Below, in pieces: positions 52,718 through 64,000 of a stretch of 64,000 nucleotides of DNA. Source of the stretch: Eledone cirrhosa. Its lineage: Eukaryota. The notes under the pieces are model-generated. The model had not been told where the DNA came from, made no database searches, and was given only the letters and a program-made list of their open reading frames with translations. Position numbers and translations under genes: made by a program. How positions within the stretch are numbered: the stretch's first letter is position 1; each line of letters starts with the position of its first letter. The stretch spans positions 7,564,001 through 7,628,000 of the forward strand of contig OZ024761.1 in assembly GCA_964016885.1 (NCBI GenBank). The letters run 5' to 3'.

Positions 52718-52876
52718 CTACCCTTCAGGTAAACTGGCCATCTTGATCAGCTCTATCTTGCCCTATCATTTCACATACATCATCTACGGAGAAGAAACTG
52801 GCAGGAAGCAACCAGTGATGGCTGTCTTTGAACACACAGGCTATGGCACTTGTTACCATCCCAATGGTAATGTGAG
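52718..52876 (+). CDS. ERICH6: ERICH6-like coding exon 9
   Basis: YPSGKLAILISS...GYGTCYHPNGNV, matching FAM194-domain motifs (YPSGNLAI, CYHPNGNV). Confidence 0.92.
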
Positions 52877-53716
52877 GTGGGGTAATGGTTGTTTTTTTTT
52901 GTTGTTTTTTTTTGTAAATTAACATTTTTTTTTGTATATTTTTTTTATATTGAGAATACCCGGTTCAAAGGTCTTTAATATAAAGTACATTTTACCCCCT
53001 GGCATTCGCAGTCCCAGCATTTGCAGTACCAGCATTTGCGGTCTCGGTTATTCATGGAATTTTTCTTAGAACCTAACCAATGATTGTTTGTGGAAACCAC
53101 CGCATATTTGCAGAATCGTAAATATCTTCTGCCATTTTTTATGCCATTTTTTTGTGGCAATATATATTTTTAACACTAAATTATTAATAACAATATAACA
53201 ATATAATATAACAACAATATAATATAATAACAATATAATATAATATACTGTATTTGTCGGCCTATTGGATGCCCCTTCACATAAGACGTTCCCTTTTTTT
53301 AAAATTATATTTTACGTTATATTTTGATGTTTTTAGGCATTTTTATGGACCACATCCAATATTTGCGGTTTTCCACTTTTCACGGGGGCTCTAGAAATGT
53401 AACAACCGCGAATACCAGGGGACAACTGTAATTCTCTCTTGATAGAATTATTTGGTGTAGTGTTAATATATAAGGTTCATCTGAAGAGTTCATAGACCCA
53501 TATACTCTCATGGAATGACCAAATCAGGTTTGTTTTTCGACATAGTCCCTGGAAAGAAACAATGTAGTTTTTAATAAGAAGAGTTGAAATTAATGCTTGT
53601 AAGATTTCACAGCTCTAGCATCACTCCTTCATAGTCAGCCTATGAACCTTTCAGCTGACCCTCGTGTATATATATATATGGAGGAGGTTATAGTTCACTA
53701 TATATATATATATATT

Positions 53717-53753
<37 letters not shown>

Positions 53754-53875
53754 ATCCAAAATTAAATTAAGGGTGTCATGTCTGAGAGACATGTACCATA
53801 TCCACTGTAGAATATGCTCAAAAATTCCAATGAATAGATCTGAGCATTTATAACTAGAAATTGATTGACATACAT

Positions 53876-53904
<29 letters not shown>

Positions 53905-53909
<5 letters not shown>

Positions 53910-54360
53910 ACGTTTAACGTCCGTGTTCCACGCTTGCATGGGTTTGGACGGGGGTTTTCCCACTTGAGGCAAGAGTGATTGTCTTGCTCGCATAGGACTG
54001 TCTGGCAGGTTTTCTACAGTTGGATGCCCTTCCTAACACCAACCACATTTACAGTGTGGGTCTGGGAGGTTTTTACCGTGTTGCCTACACGGCCACATTA
54101 CAGCGTGGACTGTGTGTTTTTTGTCGTGACACCTACACGATCTCATTTGTTTCGGCCTGGATGGTGTGGCACCAACATAACTTTACATAGAAGGGGGCGG
54201 TGTGGATGGGGTGGGGGTGGTGGGACGGGGGTGTATTTTGTTAGAGATGCCTACTGACTGTAGTAGGTTTTACTTTGTATTTAGGTAAGGCGGGTCTTCT
54301 CTATTACTGAGTACCGCCAAAGGTCTCGGTCCAGTGACATTGTTCTCGGTCCAGTGACAT
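53905..54360 (-). mobile_element. RTE LINE 3' end
   Basis: Close reverse complement of 60915-61320; (CAT)n tail. Confidence 0.88.
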
Positions 54361-55138
54361 TGACATACATATATATATATATAAAATAAACATCTGAAAC
54401 AATCGCAGGGAATAATTTGTAAAGTGTGTAAGCACACACAGCTAGGTAGGTAACTAATTAATATTTAACTAGAACTTCAAATATAGATACCTTTTCAAAT
54501 GATTAATCTCCTTTGTATATATTTCATTAAATAAAGAAATATATTTCACCATCAAGCGGTAAATCCCAGTAGTCAAATCTCGGTATGGCTCATGATTCTG
54601 ATATTCTCAGACATGGCATCTTTAATATAATTTTGGTAGTATTTATATATATATATATAAAATACAATATGTTGAAAAGGTAACACACCAGAGAGAGATA
54701 TACAGTGCGCTATCAATAAAACAGGGAAGAGCTCAGGATTTCTTCTCCTTTGAGCACATTAGGGGACAGGGAATAACGAGGGCCTATGCCTCCATTAATT
54801 TATTGTGATATATATATATAATAATGAATGAAATTATTGTGTAAAGTGCTCAGGTGCACTACAACTCGTCAATATAGTACATAGAATAATACACAAATGT
54901 CAGGGAAGTACATGTGTGTATGTGTTAGCTGTTCTGTTGGCGGATCTCGGGAAGCATGGAGGCCTTAAAGGATGCAGTGTCTCGACAGCTAACAACTGAT
55001 GCAGGTAGTTTGTTCCATGCTTCAGCAACTCTGAGCGTGAAAAAATGTTTCCGAAGGAAAAGAGTCAGGAGCCCGACAGCAGAGCTCCAGCTGTTATGGT
55101 CCACCTGGTATCTTACCACACTTTCTCTGTTATATATA

Positions 55139-55390
55139 TCTATATATATATAAAGTTGTATTCCTGTCTGTTTGTTTGTTTGTTCATGAACTCCTCCTAT
55201 GGTTTTGGAGTTTGTGGTGACTTATATTGTCCAACTACTATTAATTTGTTGGTTTTACTGTACACAGAGACTGCTTCACAGTATCCATTGGAAAATATCT
55301 CCTTAGCCTCTGTTGAAAATGAATCATGTACAAAAATGACAGTTCCGCCATTTCTTCTGCCAGCACGATCTGTACGGATAGTTTTAAAAT
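55139..55390. mobile_element. Helitron-like 5' end joined to a LINE AP-endonuclease fragment (second Helitron-like 5' end at ~55963-56200)
   Basis: TCTATATATATATAAAGTTGTA(T/G)TTCCTGTCTGTTTG start; minus strand [17 protein letters not shown]...[10 protein letters not shown]. Confidence 0.55.
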
Positions 55391-55421
55391 TATATATATG
55401 TATATATACACACATACTAGG

Positions 55422-55467
<46 letters not shown>

Positions 55468-55538
55468 AAAGTGATATATAGATATACATATATATAATTT
55501 TAAAACTATCCGTACATGTGTATATATATAAATGTATA

Positions 55539-55624
<86 letters not shown>

Positions 55625-55909
55625 CTTGCAAGCAGGGAAAAGCGGACGTAAAATGATGATGATGATGATGATATATATATACACACACATACAAAATGAT
55701 ATTTAGATATACATATATATATATATACATCATCATCATCATCATCATCATCAGGTTTAGCGTCCGTGTTCCACGCTTGCATGGGTTTGGACGGGGGTTT
55801 TCCCACTTGAGGCAAAAGTGGTTGTCTTGCTCGCATAGGACTGTCTGGCATATATATACACACACATACAACGTGATATATATATATATATATATATATA
55901 ATATACAAG

Positions 55910-55955
<46 letters not shown>

Positions 55956-56377
55956 AGCTGATATCTATATATATAAAGTTGTAGTTCCTGTCTGTTTGTT
56001 CACAAACTCCTCCTATGGTTTTGGAGATAGACCCCCATAACCATATATATTTTGAAACTACATTGCCCAGGGTTTTTGGATAAGTATATTTCATTTTAAT
56101 CAAAGGGTTCCCCGGGGGCACAAAACCCCCGCTGAAAAATTTTTATCTTCGATTTATATGAAATTTAAACCATTCACAAAATTTCAGCAAATTTCAATAA
56201 TATTAAGACAAGTTCAAATCCTGCCAAGTTTAACTTTGCCTTTCATCCTTACGGGGTCAATAAAATAAAGTACCAGTAATGTACTGAAGTAATTGCTGGC
56301 CTTGTGCCAAAAGTAGAAACAAGTATTTCATGTTCTGTTGAAAAAAAGTCTGCAAATTCGTTTTCACTTTTTCACAG

Positions 56378-56600
56378 GTTATATATTGACCCAGCTGGGG
56401 GTATGGAGATGAGTCCTGCTGGTCCCTGTCGCAAGAAATGGGTGTGGCAGGAACTTCAATGCCATGCCCCTCCACTTCAGCCCATCTACATTCGCCTAAA
56501 TGGGTTTATTGGCATGAAGGTGTTGTCACAGCGGAACATTCAGTTGAACTTCAACTTCAAAAGATTTAGCTGTCGCATGAATCTTGGAGTTTACGTGAAA
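56378..56600 (+). CDS. ERICH6: ERICH6-like coding exon 10
   Basis: LYIDPAGGMEMSPAGPCRKKWVW...PIYIRLNGFIGMKVLSQRNIQLNF...NLGVYVK; CACAG acceptor, GTAAGT donor. Confidence 0.92.
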
Positions 56601-56651
56601 GTAAGTATTGGTATTGTTTTGTTTGAGGAGGAAATATGGGTGAGGAAAACA

Positions 56652-58119
56652 CCCACCACCCTCTCCAGAGTGTACTGGGTTCATTTTGTCATAACACCAG
56701 CACTACCACTTTACAGAGTGTACTGTGTGTATTTTATCATGGCACCAGTGCTACCACTTTACAGAGTGCACTGTGTGTATTTTATCATGGCACCAGTGCT
56801 ACCACTTTACAGAGTGTACTGGGTGTGCTTTATCATGACACCACCATTACCACTTTACAGAGTGCACTGTGTGTATTTTATCATAGCACCAGTGCTACCA
56901 CTTTACAGAGTGTACTGGGGGTGCTTTATCATGACACCACCATTACCACTTTACAGAGTGCACTGTGTGTATTTTATCATGGCACCAGTGCTACCACTTT
57001 ACAGAGTGTACCGGGTGTGCTTTATCATGACACCACCATTACCACTTTACAGAGTGCACTGTGTGTATTTTATCATGGCACCAGTGCTACCACTTTACAG
57101 AGTGTACTGGGTGTGCTTTATCATGGCACCACCATTACCACTTTACAGAGTGCACTGTGTGTATTTTATCATGGCACCAGTGCTACCACTTTACAGAGTG
57201 TACTGGGTGTGCTTTATCATGGCACCAGTGCTACAACTTTACAGAGTGCACTGTGTGTATTTTATCATGGCACCAGTGCTACCACTTTACAGAATGCACT
57301 GTGTGTATTTTATCATGGCACCAGTGCTACCACTTTACAGAGTGTACTGGGTGTGCTTTATCATGACACCACCACTACCACTTTACAGAGTGTATTGTGT
57401 GTATTTTATCATGGCACCAGCACTACCACTTTACAGAGTGTACTGGGTGTGCTTTATCATGACACCACCATTACCACTTTACAGAGTGTACTGGGTGTGC
57501 TTTATCATGACACCACCATTACCACTTTACAGAGTGCACTGTGTGTATTTTATCATGGCACCAGTGCTACCACTTTACAGAGTGTACCGGGTGTGCTTTA
57601 TCATGACACCACCATTACCACTTTACAGAATGCACTGTGTGTATTTTATCATGGCACCAGTGCTACCACTTTACAGAGTGTACTGGGTGTGCTTTATCAT
57701 GGCACCACCATTACCACTTTACAGAGTGCACTGTGTGTATTTTATCATGGCACCAGTGCTACCACTTTACAGAGTGTACTGGGTGTGCTTTATCATGGCA
57801 CCAGTGCTACCACTTTACAGAGTGCACTGTGTGTATTTTATCATGGCACCAGTACTACCACTTTACAGAGTGTACTGGGTGTGCTTTATCATGACACCAC
57901 CATTACCACTTAACAGAGTGTATTGTGTGTATTTTATCATGGCACCAGTGCTACCACTTTACAGAGTGTACTGGGTGTGCTTTATCAAAACACCAGCACT
58001 ACCACTTTACAGAGTGTACTGGGTGTGCTTTATCATGACACCACCATTACCACTTTACAGAGTGTACTGGGTGTGCTTTATCATGAGACCACCATTACCA
58101 CTTTACAGAGTGTACTGGG
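56652..58119 (+). repeat. 48-bp minisatellite, ~30 copies
   Basis: Unit CTACCACTTTACAGAGTGTACTGGGTGTGCTTTATCATGGCACCAGTG and variants. Confidence 0.97.
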
Positions 58120-58194
58120 CACAACAATAGTTTCAAAATATTAATTGTGATAACTGTCAGCTGTAACAAACTATTTTCTCTCTCCTCTCTACAG

Positions 58195-58271
58195 CCTGCC
58201 ACTGTGGCAAAATGGATTCCATTTGTGGATGAACAGTTTCTGTATTTGGAAGACAAAAGAAACCAAATTGA
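58195..58271 (+). CDS. ERICH6: ERICH6-like coding exon 11 (77 nt)
   Basis: PATVAKWIPFVDEQFLYLEDKRNQI; strong pyrimidine tract + ACAG, GTAAGT donor; needed to keep frame into the last exon. Confidence 0.85.
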
Positions 58272-58318
58272 GTAAGTGAGGTTCAGTTCTTTATATTCTT
58301 TTAACTGACATGACAGCT

Positions 58319-59611
58319 ACACTCTGTAAAGTGGTAGTGGTGGTACCTTGATAATGCACACCCAGTACACTCTGTAAAGTGGTAGTGGTGGTACCTTGAT
58401 AAAGCACACCCAGTACACTCTGTAAAGTGGTAGTGCTGGTGTCATGATAAAGCACACCCAGTACACTCTGTAAAGTGGTAATGGTGGTACCTTGATAAAG
58501 CACACCCAGTACTCTGTAAAGTGGTAGTGTTGGTCTCATGATAAAGCACACCCAGTACACTCTGTAAAGTGGTAGTCCTAGTGTCATGTTAAAATACACC
58601 CAGTACACTTTGTAAAGTAGTAGTGGTGGTGTCATGATAAAGCACACCCAGTACACTCTGTAAAGTGGTAGTCCTAGTGTCATGATAAAGCACACCCAGT
58701 ACACTCTGTAAAGAGGCAGTGCTGGTGTCATGATAAAATACACCCAGTACACTCTGTAAAGTGGTAGTCCTGGTGTCATGATAGAATACACCCAGTACAC
58801 TCTGTAAAGTGGTAGTGTTGGTGTCATGATAAAATACACCCAGTACACTCTGTAAAGTGGTAGTCCTGGTGTCATGATAAAATACACCCAGTACACTCTG
58901 TAGAGTGGTAGTCCTGGTGTCATGATAAAGCACACCCAGTACACTCTGTAAAGTGGTAGTCCTGGAGTTATGATAAAATACACCCAGTACACTCTGTAAA
59001 GTGGTAGTGTTGGTGTCATGTTAAAATACACCCAGTACACTTTGTAAAGTAGTAGTGGTGGTGTCATGATAAAGCACACCCAGTACACTCTGTAAAGTGG
59101 TAGTCCTAGTGTCATGATAAAGCACACCCAGTACACTCTGTAAAGTGGCAGTGCTGGTGTCATGATAAAATACACCCAGTACACTCTGTAAAGTGGTAGT
59201 CCTGGTGTCATGATAAAGCACACCCAGTACACTCTGTAAAGTGGTAGTGTTGGTGTCATGATAAAATACACCCAGTACACTCTGTAAAGTGGTAGTCCTG
59301 GTGTCATGATAAAATACACCCAGTACACTCTGTAGAGTGGTAGTCCTGGTGTCATGATAAAGCACACCCAGTACACTCTGTAAAGTGGTAGTCCTGGAGT
59401 TATGATAAAATACACCCAGTACACTCTGTAAAGTGGTAGTGTTGGTGTCATGTTAAAATACACCCAGTACACTTTGTAAAGTAGTAGTGGTGGTGTCATG
59501 ATAAAGCACACCCAGTACACTCTGTAAAGTGGTAGTCCTAGTGTCATGATAAAGCACACCCAGTACACTGTGTAAAGTGGCAGTGCTGGTGTCATGATAA
59601 AATACACCCAG
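58319..59611 (-). repeat. Same 48-bp minisatellite in opposite orientation, ~27 copies, 432-bp higher-order period
   Basis: Unit CACCCAGTACACTCTGTAAAGTGGTAGT...GTCATGATAAAGCA is the reverse complement of the left array. Confidence 0.97.
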
Positions 59612-59710
59612 TGATAAGAAGAGCATCCAGATGTATAAAAATGGCCAAACAAATGGTTGGGAGTACCCTTCAGTTGTTTCAAGAACATGACAAAACTATA
59701 TATATAACCA

Positions 59711-60260
<550 letters not shown>

Positions 60261-60377
60261 TATTATTATTTATACTCCAGTCCTACAAACTGTAGAGTGC
60301 TACTTATCTGATATCTGCATTTCTTTATTGTACTACAATAAAACTCACCTCCTACATATATATATATATATATATAG

Positions 60378-61340
60378 AGGGTTCTATAGAAATAGTGGAC
60401 AGCTTCCGTTACCTGGGCGATAAAATCAGCAGTGGGGGAGGGTGCTCTGAAAGTACTGTAGCTAGAGTCAGAACTGGTTGGAAAAAGTTCAGAGAGCTTA
60501 TACCACTATTAGCTGCTAAAGGGTTCTCCCTAAAAATGAAAGGCAGGTTGTACGATGCCTGCATACGAACAGCAATGTTGCATGGTAGTGAGACCTGGGC
60601 ATTGTGTGCAGAGGATATACGCAGACTAGAGAGGAACGAAGCTTGCATGCTCCGCTGGATGTGTAACAGTAATATACGTGAACGGCAAAGCATAAACGAA
60701 CTAAGGAAAAAATTAGAGATAAGAGGGATCAGATGTTGTTTACTCGAGAGAAGGCTGCGTTGGTATGGACACGTGATGCGCATGAAAGTCGATAGCTGTA
60801 TTACAAAGTGCAGGGCAATAAAGATAGACGGTAGCCACGGAATAGGCAGACCTAGAAAAACATGGGATGAGCTGATAAACTCCGACCTCACACACTTACA
60901 CCTCTCCAAGACAATGTCACTGGACCGTGACCTTTGGCGGTACTCAGTAACAGAGAAGACCCGCCTTGCCAGTAGGCATATCTAACAAAATACACCCCTC
61001 CCGCCGCCACCCCCACCCCATCCACACCACCCCGTTCTATGTAAAGTTATGTTGGTGCCGCGCCATCCAGGCCGAAACAAATGAGATCGTGTAGGTGTCA
61101 CGACAAAAAAACACACAGTCCACGCTGTAATGTGGCCGTGTAGGCAACACGGTAAAAACCTCCCAGACCCACACTGTAAATGTGGTTGGTGTTAGGAAGG
61201 GCATCCAACTGTAGAAAACCTGCCAGACAGTCCTATGCGAGCAAGACAATCACTCTTGCCTCAAGTGGGACTACCCCCGTCCAAACCCATGCAAGCGTGG
61301 AACACGGACGTTAAACGTTGATGATGATGATGATGATGAT
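60378..61340 (+). mobile_element. RTE LINE 5'-truncated copy
   Basis: ORF 60395-60985 FRYLGD...HGSETW...RLRWYGHV, 3' UTR and (GAT)n tail. Confidence 0.92.
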
Positions 61341-61780
61341 ATAGTAATAATAATAAATGTGAAGACTAAAATCCAAAGAGGGCTCGATAAGGATAAATAT
61401 ATATCAAATATATAAGAACCGTAGAGCAAATATTTATTAAAATAACAGATTAAAGTTTAAGCAAAGAATCGCTGCTTTCACCCTTAATGGGAGCTTTTGA
61501 AACTAAAAAAATCATTTATACCATAAACATAGTTTTGTCTTTGTGTGTAATTGTTCTCATCGCGCCACATAACGATGTATTATCTTCGCTTTTTTCCATT
61601 CATTGCCAGGGAACGTCTTCACGAACCAAAGTATCGTCTTCCTGTTTTCCTTCGGTTGCAACGTTTTTCGAAATATTTACTTCTGCGTTCACAGATTGAT
61701 TTTTTTAGTTTCAGAAGATCCTGTTAAGAGTGAAAGCAGCAATTCTTTGCTTAAACTTTAATCTGTTATTTTAATAAATA
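61340..61780. mobile_element. Fold-back repeat with ~55-bp inverted ends (related 11880-12065, 12690-12760, 18170-18370)
   Basis: TATTAAAATAACAGATTAAAGTTTAAGCAAAGAATCGC and its reverse complement, in TA-rich sites. Confidence 0.7.
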
Positions 61781-62367
61781 TATATATATATATAGATATA
61801 GAGAGAGAGTACCATATATGGCATATATGGTATTTATAGCAGAATCAAGAGGACTGAGAGTGAACCTAGCTAAGACAAAAGTGTTGATAAGTAGAAAAGA
61901 GGACAAAACTCTGATTCCATCAGGAAAATGGCCATGTTCGATATGTAGAAAAGAAGTTGGCATAAATTCTATAGAATGTACACAATGCAGATCTTGGGTA
62001 CACAAGAGATGTAGTGGAATAGCAGGCAAACTAACAGGTTGGGAAAACTACATATGCAGTAGATGTACAGGGAAATTTGACACTAGAAGTCGCAATGATA
62101 GACACATTTTTTAAATGCAGGTAGGATCTATAGAAATGGTTGATAGCTTCCGGTACCTAGGTGATCAGATTACCAAGTGGCAGGTGGAGAGATGCTGAAT
62201 AGGACCCGTCCCATCCTTGCAAGCAGGGAAAAGCGGACATAAGATGATAATGATATATATATATATAATCTCTTTCTCTATAGATATATCTACCTAGCTA
62301 TATGTCTATCTATACCCACCTACCTGTGAATCCATCTGTCTCTCTCTCTCTTTCTGTATCTTTCCAG

Positions 62368-62563
62368 ATCCCTACTGGACAAGGTAAGGACTCTTCTGCA
62401 GTACTCCAGTTCCCCTAAACTGGACAAGATACTGCCCCCCATCTACCTGACAAACAGGATCAACAAACTGTTGGACAGGAGACAGAAACTTCGGACAGTG
62501 AATTCTATTAGGGCTCGGCCGAACATTCAGTTACAGCGGTCACCTGACTTAGAACGATCATGA
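62368..62563 (+). CDS. ERICH6: ERICH6-like terminal coding exon 12
   Basis: TTTCCAG acceptor; SLLDKVRTLLQYSSSPKLDKILPPIYL...DLERS-stop. Confidence 0.82.
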
Positions 62564-63222
62564 TGATGGTGATGATGGCACTGGTGGTGGTGATGGGGGT
62601 GATGACAATAATCATGATGATGATGGTGGTGGCGTTAGTGGTGGTAACGAAGATGATGGCAACGGTGGTGATGGTGATGATGGTGATAACCACCGTGGAA
62701 ATGGTGATGATGATGGTGGTGATGGTGATGATGATGATGGTGGTGGTGGTGGTGGTGATGGTGGTGATGGTGGTGGTGGTGATGGTGATGATGGTGGTGG
62801 TGATGGTGATGACGGTGATGATGATGGTGGTGATGGTGATGATGGTGATGACGGTGATGATGATGGTGATGATGGTGGTGGTGATGGTGGTGATGGTGAA
62901 TGTGATGGTGATGATGGTGATGGTGATGATGGTGGTGGTGAGGGTGATGATGATGGTGATGGTGATGGTGATGATGGTGGTGATTGTGATGGTGATGGTG
63001 ATGATGATGATGATAATGATGGGCTTAATGAAGATGGGGATAGTGATGATGGGGATGGTGAGGGTGATGATGATGGTGATGGTGATGGTGATGATGGTGA
63101 TGGTGGTGATGATGATGGTGGTGATTGTGATGGTGATGGTGATGATGATGATGATGATAATGATGGGCTTAATGAAGATGGGGATAGTGATGATGGGGAT
63201 GGTGGTAATTGTGATAATGGTA
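62560..63222. repeat. (GAT/GGT)n microsatellite directly after the ERICH6-like stop codon
   Basis: Direct reading; includes a ~120-bp internal duplication. Confidence 0.95.
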
Positions 63223-64000
63223 TAATATAGACTGAGGCTTTGATGAAAATACCATATATATATAGAGGTTGACATGATGCTGGAAGTTTATATATATAGA
63301 TGACTGATATGATATTGGCTGGTGTAATATCACTAATATAGCCCAGATCAGCCATATCAGGATTGCTGAAAACAGAGCAGTATTATTTTTGCAGTGGATT
63401 GGCAGTATCGGTAGAGGGTCGGACGCCATGCTTTCTAGCATAGTTTCGTCCCGTTACAGTCTGAGTTCAATTCCCGCCGAGGTTAACTTTGCCTTTCATC
63501 CTTACGGGGTCGATAAAATAAAGTACCAGTAATGTACTGGGTAATTGCTGGCCTTGTGCCTAAAGTAGAAACAATTATTTTTGCAGTATCTCACCTATGG
63601 TTTTGGTATCATCTTGGAGAGTGCCATTTTCATTAATTAGAGGGCCAACAGTGGAGCCAGTGACTTTGTGTTTTTTCACAAATGAAAAGAACACTTAGGG
63701 ATTGAGTTTGATCTTCTCAATGGCCCAGGCCTCTTTAGCTACTCTTTGATTGTTGATGATGGACATCATGCTGTTTTGGAGGTTGTGTTTTTTTTTTTAT
63801 TATTCTAGTGATGTAACGGCAGTCAAATGGTTGTGTTGCTGCTGACAGTATTTCAGTTAGTTGATTTTTTGGGTAATTCTTTTTTTTTTCTGATAAGTGT
63901 TCTTCTATTTCTAGGGATTCTACATTTATATTTGTTTACAGAACAGATCTTAATGGGGTTTGTTTTGCACATATATTTGTTACAGTGTCTACAAATGTCT

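Noticed and set aside
53472-53650. AAGGTTCAT-CTGAAGA ... ATGAACCTT possible hammerhead
   Set aside because: Stem I pairs but no correctly placed GAAA or stem III could be found
56601-59688. 608-aa, 425-aa and 465-aa repetitive ORFs
   Set aside because: 48-bp unit lacks stops; only 56378-56600 is real coding sequence and it ends at a GTAAGT donor
62381-62389. AAG|GTAAGG possible donor inside the last ERICH6-like exon
   Set aside because: Reading frame continues through it with family-like sequence to a stop, and no downstream exon is visible in the window
62508-63355. Ile/Thr-, Met/Val- and Ser/Pro-rich ORFs
   Set aside because: Trinucleotide microsatellite downstream of the stop codon

Overview
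AT-rich, repeat-dense animal genomic DNA. The SINE/LINE content suggests a coleoid cephalopod, probably an octopod; this is an inference. Two spliced genes sit head-to-head around a promoter at ~21.6-22.0 kb. RBMX2 (RES-complex RRM splicing factor) is on the minus strand, with 3 coding exons visible and the rest running off the left edge. A complete ERICH6/FAM194-family gene is on the plus strand, with 12 phase-consistent coding exons (29637-62563, 591 aa by my exon sum). The introns hold tRNA-derived SINEs, RTE, CR1/L2, CRE-like and Penelope retroelements, a maT-like Tc1/mariner, piggyBac-like and mariner-like MITEs, Helitron-like elements and several minisatellites. Highlights: (1) a 77-nt coding exon held in the loop of two inverted ~1.3-1.5 kb 48-bp minisatellite arrays, nested inside an outer inverted RTE pair; (2) Penelope-borne type I hammerhead ribozymes with structure-preserving substitutions; (3) a U12-type minor intron in ERICH6; (4) a minisatellite made of tandem copies of an exon's splice donor; (5) satellites traceable to TE junctions and TE interiors. 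Most long ORFs in the supplied track are artefacts of repeats. Repeat coordinates are approximate and all calls were read by eye.
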